Assembly (NCBI GenBank): GCA_038997165.1
Contig: JAWBAK010000001.1
Span: forward strand, 440,917-504,916
Reading direction: 5' to 3'
Length of the DNA: 64,000 nucleotides
DNA from: Candidatus Aenigmatarchaeota archaeon
GTDB lineage: Archaea > Aenigmatarchaeota > Aenigmatarchaeia > CG10238-14 > SpSt-28
Part shown: piece after piece, positions 21,301 to 30,512 of the stretch
Numbering within the stretch: position 1 is the first letter of the stretch
Layout of the letters: every line of letters starts with the position of its first letter
Notes under the pieces: generated by a model
Database searches by the model: none
Seen by the model: the letters and a program-made list of their open reading frames with translations, nothing else
What the model was told of the DNA's origin: nothing
Made by a program: the position numbers and the translations under genes

Positions 21301-21967
21301 AAAATGAATCAACATCATCAACAAGAATTACATCAAAAGAAATATCTTTTATTAATTCAAATTTTTTAGCTAAAAACATATTAGTAGTTATAAGAATTTG
21401 AAAATCTCTATTTTTTAGCTTTTCTAAATTTTCTTCTTTTTCTTTTTTCTTTAGGAGCGAATGAAGAGCTATAATATTTGTTTGAAGATTTAAAGTATCT
21501 TTAAATTTTTTGAATTTTTCAAAAACTTGAGAGACTAATAAACTAGTTGGAAGTAAGAAATAAATTCTTTTCTTAAATTTTGTAGCTAAATATAAAGATA
21601 AAATTATTAAAAATGTTGTTTTTCCTGTTCCTGTAGGAGCCATTATTGCAAAAGATTGATTTTTAAAAACTCTTATTGCCCACATTTTTTGAGCACTCCA
21701 AGCAGAAGAATTTATAGCTTTTTTAAAAAATTTTAAAAAATCATTTACTTTTTTAATAAGTTTATAATATTTATTATAATTTTTTAATGTGTAATTTTTT
21801 CTAAGTAGTTTAATTATTTCTTTATAAAATTTAATACTTCCTGGCTTCAATTTTTTAATTTCTTCTGGAATAATTGGTAAGCATTTTTCACAGGGTAAAC
21901 TATATACTATTCTTTCATATGAAATTTTTCCGCTACAATTTGGGCATGTATTTTCATATATTAACAT
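18320..21967 (-). CDS. rgy: reverse gyrase
   Basis: N-terminal Zn finger CPNC..CEKC, APTGTGKT, DDVD, YIQASGRTSR, TOPRIM IVESPTKA / TDPDAEGE, catalytic GLITYHRTDS, GIGRPSTY. Confidence 0.97.
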   Translation of the reverse strand: MLIYENTCPNCSGKISYERIVYSLPCEKCLPIIPEEIKKLKPGSIKFYKEIIKLLRKNYTLKNYNKYYKLIKKVNDFLKFFKKAINSSAWSAQKMWAIRVFKNQSFAIMAPTGTGKTTFLIILSLYLATKFKKRIYFLLPTSLLVSQVFEKFKKFKDTLNLQTNIIALHSLLKKKEKEENLEKLKNRDFQILITTNMFLAKKFELIKDISFDVILVDDVDSFLKASKNINKVLNLLGFSDEIIEKAMENVELRRSLIFASEEERKNIEEKIEENKKIIKNSLPINKILIVSGASVRAKTKRVMLFNELLNFQIGTRIEGIRNVEDVYEFEKNIEEKVYEYVKKFGNGGLIFVPMDKGIEYAKKLEEFLNSKGINAKTLEKTKLSIINDFISGNIQVLIGIASYRSPLARGIDLPEVIRYAIFAGVPKFKIRIDLSEFRPGKIIMLLLHLREYLEKEEEKDKLDLIINKLRKIGSLSEENAKIVIEAINQNKKLEGFLEYCRQVLKESYEFIKDLLKNKNFIEKLKNSKKLVFEENKEEFYFVIADVQAYIQASGRTSRLYAGGISKGLSLVLIDEEKAFNSLKEKIKWFDEKAEFKNIKDVNLEKILNEINKDRELIRKIKEGKLEIKKLKELLKIGLLIVESPTKAKTIAKFFGTPAIRDIDGIRIYEVSTGDYILLITASIGHVFDLVTKEGFHGVLVKDNNFIPIYGTIKICPKCNSQYTDNISFCPKDNEKLLDKINILNVLRDLSLEVDEILIATDPDAEGEKIGFDIANFLRFFNKKIKRLEFHEITYRAIRNAINNPREINLNLVKSQIVRRIEDRWFGFELSQKVQEKFNRKTLSAGRVQTPVLGWIIQRTEESKNSIKDYLRIKFDNIKIIFEFEKLKKEEKEKFFEKIVNYPYVEVKVVEVREEILNPLPPYTTDTLLKDASNILKFDSNKTMKIAQELFESGLITYHRTDSTTVSSFGINIAKEYIIQNFEEKIFYPRSWEKEGAHECIRPTKPIDSERLIELLRLKLLQLPVKITKDHLLLYDLIFKRFIASQMKPAKVEKTKFKFKLLDLEKEEEFITKIIEEGFTKIIKIKKIELKEGKYEIKSFDPEKDYFRKPSISLFSQGDIISLMKERGIGRPSTYATIISKILERKYAISRKNKLIATKRGKEVYQYLKAKFEKYISEELTRDLERKMDLIEENKIDYLEILKEIYRESMEIKNIF

Positions 21968-21995
21968 AAAAATATCTATTTTTTATTATCAATTT

Positions 21996-22301
21996 TTAAC
22001 TTTTTAATTCTGATAGTTTCCATTTGGGAAATTTCTTTTTTATTCTATCTTCTGGTCTACCAATTAATATATCTCCCAAAACTTTCACTTTTTTATTATT
22101 ATCTAATTCAAAAAGAAAAATTGTTGATTTCTTTGGAACAACTTTTCTTTTTTTATTTTTCTTTTCAATTATAATTGTATTGTATGTCTCATCTACAACA
22201 ATTCCTTTTATTTTTTTTAAACTTTTATTTTTAGAATCTAAAATTTTTACTTTTAAACCAATTAATTCATGCCTTACTAAGTTATATTCATTTCTAACCA
22301 T
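21996..22301 (-). CDS. rnp1: ribonuclease P protein component 1 (Rpp29)
   Basis: [32 protein letters not shown]. Confidence 0.94.
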   Translation of the reverse strand: MVRNEYNLVRHELIGLKVKILDSKNKSLKKIKGIVVDETYNTIIIEKKNKKRKVVPKKSTIFLFELDNNKKVKVLGDILIGRPEDRIKKKFPKWKLSELKS

Positions 22302-22337
22302 TATAAATTTAAATTTTTATCCTATAAACATTATTTA

Positions 22338-22619
22338 ATGAAGTTTCCAAAAGAAGTTAGAATATATTGTAAGTATTGTAAAAAACATACTTTACATACT
22401 GTTGAAATTTCGAAAAAAAGGCCGAGAAGAACTTTATCACACGGACAACGAAGATTTTTAAGAAAAATGAAAGGATATGGAAGTTTTCCTAAAGAAAATC
22501 CAAAGGGAAGAGAAAAGAGCGTTAAAAAAGTTGATTTAAAATTTAAATGTAAAGAGTGTGGAAAGAAACATTCCCATGGAAAAGGTTTTAGAATTAAAAA
22601 AATAGAATTTAAAAGTTAA
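22338..22619 (+). CDS. rpl44e: 50S ribosomal protein L44e (eL42)
   Basis: [30 protein letters not shown]. Confidence 0.96.
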   Translation: MKFPKEVRIYCKYCKKHTLHTVEISKKRPRRTLSHGQRRFLRKMKGYGSFPKENPKGREKSVKKVDLKFKCKECGKKHSHGKGFRIKKIEFKS

Positions 22620-22790
22620 ATGGCTAGTAAATTTTTAAGAGTAATTTGTTTAAAATGTAGAAACGAGCAAATTATATTCGAAAAAGCTAGTACAATTGTT
22701 AAATGTTTAAATTGTGGTCAAATTATTGCGAAACCAACTGGTGGAAAAGCTAAGTTAGAAAAAGTAGAAGTTATTGAAGAAATAGAATAG
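22620..22790 (+). CDS. rps27e: 30S ribosomal protein S27e (56 aa, not in ORF track)
   Basis: Manual translation MASKFLRVICLKCRNEQIIFEKASTIVKCLNCGQIIAKPTGGKAKLEK...; canonical position after L44e. Confidence 0.95.
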   Translation: MASKFLRVICLKCRNEQIIFEKASTIVKCLNCGQIIAKPTGGKAKLEKVEVIEEIE

Positions 22791-22807
22791 ATAAAATTAA
22801 CTTATTT

Positions 22808-23446
22808 ATGCATTATTTTATGGAAGAAATAGAAGAAGTAATAACTTTTGAATATATTAGAGAAGCTTACACTGCTGAAAAAAGTGAAAATAAATTATCG
22901 AAATTACCAAACGATTTTTTCAAAAAAGTAGACAGCTATTTAAAAACAAAAGAAGAAATATTTAAAAATACTCAAGATGAAAAAGTTAAATACGAATTAA
23001 AAAATGCTAAAAGAATGGTAGATGAAATAATTTTATTAAGATTGAAAAAAATAATTGATGCAGTTTTTATATTTTTAAAAAGCGGAAGTTTACCTTCTAA
23101 TATGTTACCAAAAGAAGAAGAGCTTTTTTTCAAAATTATAGATTTAGTAAAAGATTTAAAGAAAAATTTGTTTGAGTCAAAAGAAATAACAAAAACAAAT
23201 GAATCAAATAAAAATTTGAATTTAATAGAAAATAAAAATGAAAAGAAAATAGAAGATGATGAGCAGAAAATTGAAAGAAAAGAAAAAGATAGGATAAAAG
23301 TTAAAGTTCTCATTGAAATACCAAAGTTTATTGGACCTGATGGAAATTGGTATGGGCCTTACGAGAAGGGAAGTATTGTTGAGTTGGAAAAAGAAATTGC
23401 AAATTTTTTAATTGATGCAGGGTTTGTATCTGTAAGTTATACTTAG
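22808..23446 (+). CDS. DNA replication GINS subunit (Gins51 type); true start may be 22820
   Basis: LSKLPNDFF, RLKKI, NMLPKEEELF A-domain; C-terminal B-domain IPKFIGPDGNWYGPYEKGSIVEL. Confidence 0.88.
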   Translation: MHYFMEEIEEVITFEYIREAYTAEKSENKLSKLPNDFFKKVDSYLKTKEEIFKNTQDEKVKYELKNAKRMVDEIILLRLKKIIDAVFIFLKSGSLPSNMLPKEEELFFKIIDLVKDLKKNLFESKEITKTNESNKNLNLIENKNEKKIEDDEQKIERKEKDRIKVKVLIEIPKFIGPDGNWYGPYEKGSIVELEKEIANFLIDAGFVSVSYT

Positions 23447-23491
23447 CTCTAAAAAAGATATATATTTTTTTTAATAAATAATTATTAGTTT

Positions 23492-24463
23492 ATGGATGTC
23501 AATAGAACTGCAAAAATTAAATTAATAGGTTTAATGTTATTTTTAATTTTTTCTTTGTCGTTAATTTTTGCAGAGGAAAAAAAAGAAGGTATAAACATTA
23601 CAGAAATTACAGAAATTATAATTGCTATATTACCAATTATATTTGTTATTTTAATTTTACTTTATTTGGGTGGTTTTTTAAAATTTGGAAAAGTAGGAAT
23701 ACCTTGGCCTATTATTATTTATTCAGCAATTATAATTATAATTTTTGTATTACCTATATTACAAAAGTTTGGAATTATACACATATTTCCAGATAATCCA
23801 GACGAAATATTTAGCAGAGAAGAGTTTAAAGGATTTAAACAATATAAATTACCAGAAGGAGTATGTAAAGCATTTCTTTCTTTAAATATTAGTGAAAGTG
23901 TTTCTTGTTATATGCCTGCGTTCATATATTTCTTTTTATTACCTTTTGTTTCAATATATGCAATTACATGGGCATTTTTAAAACAGATTAAAATTTTTGA
24001 AGGTTTAGGTAGAAACCTAGAAGGATTGATTGCGTTTATTATAGCTTTTATGACACTTCCAATGGGTACTTTTATTTTATTAGTAGCACTTTGGTTTAGT
24101 GTAATGGGTGCATTTTCAATAGCAATTTTTGTAGCTATGTTTTTGGCTGGTGTGTTTTTCAGGGGTTTAGGATTCGTAGAGGAAAAGCGCTTTGAATATA
24201 TTGGAAAAAGAGCTAGGGATGAATACTTAAGAAAAGTACATAATGCAGCAAGATTAGCAATAGACAGAATTAATAGAGCTAGTGACGTAGATGAAATAAT
24301 AAGAGCTGTATATCAATTTATTGAAAAGACTGGACATGATGTAGATTTTAGTAAAATCGATGAAATTAGAAAGAAATCTAATTTAGAAGATGCTAAGAAG
24401 GCAGCAACAAGTCTGATAGAGGAATTAACTTCTAAAACAGGTTCAGCTTCTAAAACAGGTTAA
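23492..24463 (+). CDS. multi-pass membrane protein with soluble helical C-terminus
   Basis: Signal-like N-terminus, several hydrophobic segments, motif FLLPF..IYAITWAFLKQIKIF shared with 27820 and 28374. Confidence 0.8.
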   Translation: MDVNRTAKIKLIGLMLFLIFSLSLIFAEEKKEGINITEITEIIIAILPIIFVILILLYLGGFLKFGKVGIPWPIIIYSAIIIIIFVLPILQKFGIIHIFPDNPDEIFSREEFKGFKQYKLPEGVCKAFLSLNISESVSCYMPAFIYFFLLPFVSIYAITWAFLKQIKIFEGLGRNLEGLIAFIIAFMTLPMGTFILLVALWFSVMGAFSIAIFVAMFLAGVFFRGLGFVEEKRFEYIGKRARDEYLRKVHNAARLAIDRINRASDVDEIIRAVYQFIEKTGHDVDFSKIDEIRKKSNLEDAKKAATSLIEELTSKTGSASKTG

Positions 24464-26688
24464 TAAATTCTTTCCATAATTCTTTCTTCCCATCTTTTAT
24501 AAATTTCATTAGAATCTAATTTTCCAATCTCGTTTTTTACTTCTTCAGAGATTAGATTAAACAATTCATTACTCCATACAACAAACTCAGCCTCTAAAAG
24601 TTCTGGTCTTTTAAGTTCTTCGCTTAGTTCAACTAATCTTTGTTTTATTTTTGCTCTAAGTAAAATATTATTCCATACTAAATCCCAATTTCCATAAAAT
24701 TCTGGAATTCTTTTTGAAATTTCTCTTATAACAAAACTTTCTCCATTAATTAGTGTTTGAGTTGGTAATAAGGTATCTTCTTTTGCATTATAAATCATTA
24801 ATGGAGCAAATGCATTTTCAGCTAATGGATCTTCTTCCCAATGTTTTTTAACTTCGACAACTTCAACAACTCTTTTATATCTTCTTAATCCATCTGCAGA
24901 TTTTAAATTTGCAGAAATTATTATTAAATCTACCGCTTTAAAACTTGTTTTAGGAACTTTAAGATCATTAACAACTCTATCGAAAACTCCATATGCAGAT
25001 TCTCCATGAATTGTTCCAGCAACACTATGTGCCAATGCACCAACTCTCATTGCTTCAAAAAGCGTTAATGCTTCTGTAGATCTAATTTCTCCAATTATTA
25101 ATGCACTATCTCCCAATCTTAATGCAGTTCTTAAAGCTTCTTCAGCAGGTAATTCGCTTTCTACTTTTGTTATTACACTTCTAGATTTTAATCTTTCGAT
25201 ATTAAATCCTAATTCTCTCATTTGTGGTACAGGCAATTCTAAAGTATCTTCGATAACAATTATTCTATATTTTCTGGGAATTTCTAACATTATTGCTCCT
25301 AATAAACTAGTTTTTCCTGAACCTCTTCCACCAGCAACTAAAAAACTTCTTCCACCAGCAACTATAAAATTCATTAATCCAGCAAACAAAGGATTAATTG
25401 CTTTCTTTTTTATTAATAATGGTAAAGTCCATGGTTTATCTCTATGTCTTCTAAAGGCAAATGATAAACCTTCTGGATTTAAACTTCTTGTAGTAATTGC
25501 TACTCTAGCTTTTCCCTCTGGTATTGATAATTCAGTATCTAAAACTGGATTTGCTTCATCTAATGGTCTTCCAGAATATAATCTAAACTTAGTTGCCCAA
25601 TTTTCAGCTTCTATAGGAGAAATTACTATATTTGTTTCACATTCCTCGTAATTTGCGTGTTGAACAAAAATTGGAAGCATTCCTATTGGTGCATTAACAT
25701 AAATATCTGTAACATTTTCATCTGCAAGAATTCTTTCTAAAATTCCAAAGCCTACAGTATATCTAACTAGAATATCTGCCAATTCTTTCATTCTTTTTTC
25801 TGGAATCGGTATGTTTAATTCTTGTGAAACTCTTTTAATTAAGTCTAATTCTAAATTATAAAATGCTTCTCTTGTCTTTTGAAAATCTTTTAGTTCAGTT
25901 TCACTTGGTCTATGTTCTGCTAAATATTCTCTAACTTTTTCTAAAACCTTTATTTCATCGCTTGTTAATAAAAATTCTGGTGCATATAAAACATATACAT
26001 ATCTAACTTTGTTCGGAACTTTATAAATTTCAACTTTTATATTTTTAAATTCATATTCTTCAACTTTTATTGAATTTTTTGGTAATGTTAAATAAAATTT
26101 TGTTTCCATGAAGATTGGTCTTATTATTGGGGAAAAAATCTCTCTATAAATTCTTCTATCTCCAGGTCTATATAAATAATTTTCTTCTATTTCTTTTTCT
26201 CTCAATTTTTTTATTATATAAAGCTTTTCTAATTCTTCTAATATAGGATTTATATGATTTTCAACAAAACTCTTCAAAATATAATCTTTATTTTTTATTG
26301 AAATAAACTCCAATCTATTTTTTAATGAAATAAGTTTTTTATAACTTTCAATACAATCTGATTTTATGTTTTCTACTATTTCATTAAGAAGATTAAAATA
26401 ATTCGAAAGTTTTTCGAAAAATTTAATTTCTTCTGGAAATGCTGTTAATAATTTTTTTGAATGTATATTTTCGTAACAATTGGCAATTTCTTTCAATATC
26501 TTTGTTTGTTCATAATCATATTCTAATTCTCTTTCTCCAACGATTAAAATTTCTATAATATTTTTGTTTGCAATTAGATTTTCTATAACTAATTTCATTG
26601 TTTCTTTTCCATCTTCAATTGTTATTAAATCATTCCAACCAGCTCTTAAGTCTATATATAGTTTGTTTTCTCTTATGTTAATTTCCAT
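24460..26688 (-). CDS. type II/IV secretion (VirB11/CpaF/ArlI-family) ATPase
   Basis: Walker A GGRGSGKT, Asp box IEDTLEL, ALRLGDSALIIGEIRS, His box GTIHG. Confidence 0.93.
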   Translation of the reverse strand: MEINIRENKLYIDLRAGWNDLITIEDGKETMKLVIENLIANKNIIEILIVGERELEYDYEQTKILKEIANCYENIHSKKLLTAFPEEIKFFEKLSNYFNLLNEIVENIKSDCIESYKKLISLKNRLEFISIKNKDYILKSFVENHINPILEELEKLYIIKKLREKEIEENYLYRPGDRRIYREIFSPIIRPIFMETKFYLTLPKNSIKVEEYEFKNIKVEIYKVPNKVRYVYVLYAPEFLLTSDEIKVLEKVREYLAEHRPSETELKDFQKTREAFYNLELDLIKRVSQELNIPIPEKRMKELADILVRYTVGFGILERILADENVTDIYVNAPIGMLPIFVQHANYEECETNIVISPIEAENWATKFRLYSGRPLDEANPVLDTELSIPEGKARVAITTRSLNPEGLSFAFRRHRDKPWTLPLLIKKKAINPLFAGLMNFIVAGGRSFLVAGGRGSGKTSLLGAIMLEIPRKYRIIVIEDTLELPVPQMRELGFNIERLKSRSVITKVESELPAEEALRTALRLGDSALIIGEIRSTEALTLFEAMRVGALAHSVAGTIHGESAYGVFDRVVNDLKVPKTSFKAVDLIIISANLKSADGLRRYKRVVEVVEVKKHWEEDPLAENAFAPLMIYNAKEDTLLPTQTLINGESFVIREISKRIPEFYGNWDLVWNNILLRAKIKQRLVELSEELKRPELLEAEFVVWSNELFNLISEEVKNEIGKLDSNEIYKRWEERIMERIY

Positions 26689-26716
26689 AAATATATATTT
26701 TTAATGATAAACAATT

Positions 26717-27103
26717 ATGGTAGAAAAAATAAGTTCTCAGGATCAAAAAATTATAAATATTCTTAACGACATGAATTTATATTTAAAATTTTTAGAACAA
26801 AGAATTATTAAATTAGAATTGGAGTTAAAAACTTTGAATGAAAATTTTGAAAAATATAGAAAAACGGTTATAGAAGAAATAGATAAACTAAAAAAAGAGA
26901 GTTTATCTCTTAAAAATTTGATAGATTCTTTAAATTTAGAAATAGAAAAAATAAAATTAGAATTGAAGAAAAAAGCAGATTTAGTTGAAGTTAAAGAAAT
27001 AAAAGAATTATTTAATCTTTTTAATCCGCTTAAATCAACTTTTGTAACGAAAGAAGAAGTTAAGAGAATTATAAACGAATTAATAAATATTAAAAAAGAA
27101 TAA
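26717..27103 (+). CDS. coiled-coil hypothetical protein
   Basis: Heptad-rich 128-aa ORF divergent from the ATPase. Confidence 0.75.
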   Translation: MVEKISSQDQKIINILNDMNLYLKFLEQRIIKLELELKTLNENFEKYRKTVIEEIDKLKKESLSLKNLIDSLNLEIEKIKLELKKKADLVEVKEIKELFNLFNPLKSTFVTKEEVKRIINELINIKKE

Positions 27104-27109
27104 TTTATT

Positions 27110-27820
27110 ATGATTTTATTTGGTAGTAAAAAAGAAAAAAAAGAAGGTAAGGGAGAAATTCCAACAGAAAAAGTCAAAAATTTTTTAAATAAAGGGTTTA
27201 GCGAAATAGAAATTATTGATATTTTAAGAAAGGAGGGATATTCGCCAGAAGAAATTGATAAAGCACTTATGCAAGCTTCTATCGAAATAAAATCTTCTCA
27301 ATTATTTCAATCTCCTCAAACTTCATCGCAACAAAATTTAATTTCTCAAAATTTATCTTCTCAATCTCAAATTCTTCAACCTCAACTTCAAACTTCTCAA
27401 TCAACTTCTTTACAAACTCAAATAGTTGAAGTTAAGCCAGCTCAACCTACAAGTATACAAAAAGAAGTTAAAGAAAGTTTTGAAGAATCTCAGATAGATT
27501 ATATAAGTTTACAAGAATATATAGATTACTTATTGAGATCAAAAACTCAAGAAATAAATAAAAGATTGATGGAAATAAATTTAAAGTTTAAAGAGTTCGA
27601 AGAAAGGGTTTTAAGTTTAAAAGATGAAATCGAATCTGTATCAAAAGGTACGAAAGAAGATTTAAATAAGATTTTAAATGAAATAAGATTAAATAGAGAT
27701 AATATAAATGATTTATCAATAAAGGTTGAAACTTTAAATAAAACTTTAAAAGAACTTTTACCATCTTTAATAGAAAGCGTAAGATTATTAAGTGAAATAA
27801 TTCAAAAACTTAAATCATAA
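27110..27820 (+). CDS. hypothetical protein: small N-terminal helical domain, S/Q/P/T linker, coiled-coil C-terminus
   Basis: KGFSEIEIIDILRKEGYSPEEIDKAL, low-complexity linker, heptads. Confidence 0.8.
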   Translation: MILFGSKKEKKEGKGEIPTEKVKNFLNKGFSEIEIIDILRKEGYSPEEIDKALMQASIEIKSSQLFQSPQTSSQQNLISQNLSSQSQILQPQLQTSQSTSLQTQIVEVKPAQPTSIQKEVKESFEESQIDYISLQEYIDYLLRSKTQEINKRLMEINLKFKEFEERVLSLKDEIESVSKGTKEDLNKILNEIRLNRDNINDLSIKVETLNKTLKELLPSLIESVRLLSEIIQKLKS

Positions 27821-28377
27821 TGAATACTTTAGAAGAAATAATAAGAAATACTTTAATAGATACTGGAATAATAACTTTTATTGTTCCCTCGCTATTATTT
27901 ATGACTTTAGTTTATGTTTTTCTAACTCGATCAAAAATTGTTGAGTCAAAAGCGATAGCTGGAATAATTTCTTTTTCAGTTTTTTTATTAGTATTAATTT
28001 TTCCAATAATATCTGGAATTAATATTTCAATATTTCTTTCAACTTTTTTTGTTCAAATGTTTTTTCTAACTTTAATTCTTTTAATAGGTTTGGTAACTTC
28101 TTCTATATTTTATTCGGATTTTTCAAAAGTATTAGAGAGATTTCAAAGAAGCAGAAGTATGGTAGTAGCTATGATAGTATTAGCAATAGTAATTTTTGTT
28201 ACTAGTGGAATGTTATCTTTTCTAATTTCAACATTGGGAGGACCTTCTGTTGCTTATGAAAAATTTGAAGGAAAAGCTGTACCAACTGAATTTACATTTA
28301 CTCTAGCTCTTTTAGTTTTGTTAGTTATATTTGCAGTGATATTAGTTGCTGCTGGAAGGTTGATTGGTAGAGAATGA
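27820..28377 (+). CDS. multi-pass membrane protein
   Basis: About 5 hydrophobic segments; FIVP..L..LVY..L.RSKI motif. Confidence 0.8.
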   Translation: MNTLEEIIRNTLIDTGIITFIVPSLLFMTLVYVFLTRSKIVESKAIAGIISFSVFLLVLIFPIISGINISIFLSTFFVQMFFLTLILLIGLVTSSIFYSDFSKVLERFQRSRSMVVAMIVLAIVIFVTSGMLSFLISTLGGPSVAYEKFEGKAVPTEFTFTLALLVLLVIFAVILVAAGRLIGRE

Positions 28378-28910
28378 GCGATCCTATTACTGAATTAATT
28401 TTAACTCTTCAGAATTTAGGTTTTTTTAAATTTATTATTCCATTTATTTTAACATCTGCAGTTTTTTATGGATTATTAAGAAAAAGTAAAATATTTGGAG
28501 ATCCGAGAGAAAATATTGCCGTAAATGCTACTATTGCAATTTCTGCAGCTTTTTTAGTTTCTGCAGCTCCTATAATTGCTGGGATTGATATTACTTCTTA
28601 TCTTTCTGGTTTCTTAATTTATATAACATTTGTAATTGTTGCAATAATTGTAATTTCTTTTATTCCGTTTATTTTTAAACCTTCAATAAGCGAACTAGGA
28701 GCAACAATTAATAAAAAAACTTTTTTAGTAATGTTTTTTATTACTCTTATAATTTTTATTATTATTGGTTTACTAATTTTTAAAAATTTAAATTTTGCAT
28801 TTCCTCAAATAGCTTCCGAAGAATTTTATTCGACTTTAGGTTTAATAATATTTCTTATAATATTTTCAATAGTAATATATTTTTCTTTACGACCAACAAA
28901 AACTAGTTAA
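28374..28910 (+). CDS. multi-pass membrane protein (paralog of 27820)
   Basis: About 5 hydrophobic segments; FIIPFIL..AVFYGLLRKSKIF motif; ATGA overlap. Confidence 0.8.
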   Translation: MSDPITELILTLQNLGFFKFIIPFILTSAVFYGLLRKSKIFGDPRENIAVNATIAISAAFLVSAAPIIAGIDITSYLSGFLIYITFVIVAIIVISFIPFIFKPSISELGATINKKTFLVMFFITLIIFIIIGLLIFKNLNFAFPQIASEEFYSTLGLIIFLIIFSIVIYFSLRPTKTS

Positions 28911-29677
28911 AAATATTTTTCCGATATAAGTTCTAAACTTTCTTTTTCAATACTAGATAATTGAGATAGTAAAACTATTATAGAAGGTATTTCTATTTCT
29001 AATTCTTTTATTTTTTTAATTTTTCCAAAATAAATTTTTTCATCTTTAAAACCAATTTTACTTGCTACTAAAACTAAATCTTCTTCATTTATTATATTTT
29101 CTTTAAATTCATGTTCTAATTCAATTAAAAAGTTTAAAGCGTCTTTAGGCTTCAAAAATTCATTTCTTTCTATATCAATATCCAATAGACAAATCGTATG
29201 TAATTTGTTTTCTTTATTGATTTTTATATAATTATAAATGCTTTTTGGAAGTTCTGAAATTTTCGATTTAAGAGGTATAGTTATTATTTTACCAATTTTA
29301 TAACAACTTATTCCAAATGAAAAGATTGAACAAAAAGAGCAAGAAGAATGAATTATTTCAACTTTTATATTATTTTTTATTGCCTCATTTTTTAAAAAAA
29401 TATGCGTAGTTGCGAAAAATGGTTCGCCAAAAGTTAATATACAAACATTTTTTTCTTTTGCAATTTCTAAAATTTTTTTATAATTTTCTTCTAACTCATA
29501 TCTATTTAAAACAAAAATTTTTTTCCTTATAAATTTTTCTATTTCTTCTATAGAACTTTCAAACAAATTGGTATAATTTTCTAAAAAAATTATATCTGAA
29601 TTTTTTATTATTTCTAAACCTCTTACGCTTATATCTTTTATGTTTGCAATGCCCAATCCAACAAAATATAATGTCAT
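28907..29677 (-). CDS. dph5: diphthine synthase
   Basis: LYFVGLG, FLENYT, GEPFFATTH, YKIGKIITIP, LHTICLLDI. Confidence 0.93.
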   Translation of the reverse strand: MTLYFVGLGIANIKDISVRGLEIIKNSDIIFLENYTNLFESSIEEIEKFIRKKIFVLNRYELEENYKKILEIAKEKNVCILTFGEPFFATTHIFLKNEAIKNNIKVEIIHSSCSFCSIFSFGISCYKIGKIITIPLKSKISELPKSIYNYIKINKENKLHTICLLDIDIERNEFLKPKDALNFLIELEHEFKENIINEEDLVLVASKIGFKDEKIYFGKIKKIKELEIEIPSIIVLLSQLSSIEKESLELISEKYF

Positions 29678-30486
29678 ATTGAAATAATTTTTATTTTATC
29701 ATTATCAATTTTTAAAGCACTTGCTTTTTCGTTTCCATAATACCCTTTCATAGAAAAAACTGTGATGACTTTATTATTATGGTTATATTTTATTCCATTA
29801 CATGGTTCATGACTTCTTATTACTAATTTTAGCTTATTATCTTCTAAGAATCTATTTGTTATATTGTAACCGAATAAATAACCAATTCCTCTATAAGAGG
29901 GTAAAAAACCTTCTATTTCATACGGATCATTCCATAATAATTGATTCCAAACGGAAATCGATTGTTTCCCAATATCTTCAATTTTTATTCTTTCAATTGG
30001 AATTCCGCCATGCACAAAAAAGAAATGTTCATTATAAGCTGCTAAACTTAATTTATTCCAAAAATTTTTAATTTCTTGATATATTTCTAATGCTTTATTT
30101 CCAAATCTTGCTAATAACTGTCTTGGTAAATCATGAGGAGAAACTATATATTTTTCGAAAAATTCGTGATTTCCTCTTAAAAGAATAATTTTATCTTTAA
30201 ATTCATATTTTAACTTTAATATTGTATAATAAACATCAACTTGATAATTTCCTCTATCTCCATAATCTCCTAAAAAAATTATTGTTTCATCTTCAACAAA
30301 TTTTAATAAATTCATTAAAGAATCATAATCTCCATGTAAATCACCTATAACGAACAATTTATTATTTTTGATTTTTTCAACAATATTCTGTTTTTTAATA
30401 TTAGTTATAAGATCTAAAAATTCTTTAAAAGTTATCTTTCCAAAATTTTTATCTATTTCATTTAAAATTTCTTTAATTTCGCTCAT
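29674..30486 (-). CDS. PPP-family Ser/Thr protein phosphatase (metallophosphoesterase)
   Basis: GDLHG, GDYGDRG, LRGNHE, VHGG, LLWNDP, IRSHE, ITVFS. Confidence 0.93.
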   Translation of the reverse strand: MSEIKEILNEIDKNFGKITFKEFLDLITNIKKQNIVEKIKNNKLFVIGDLHGDYDSLMNLLKFVEDETIIFLGDYGDRGNYQVDVYYTILKLKYEFKDKIILLRGNHEFFEKYIVSPHDLPRQLLARFGNKALEIYQEIKNFWNKLSLAAYNEHFFFVHGGIPIERIKIEDIGKQSISVWNQLLWNDPYEIEGFLPSYRGIGYLFGYNITNRFLEDNKLKLVIRSHEPCNGIKYNHNNKVITVFSMKGYYGNEKASALKIDNDKIKIISI

Positions 30487-30512
30487 AAAAATAGTAAAAT
30501 AAGATTTTGTTA

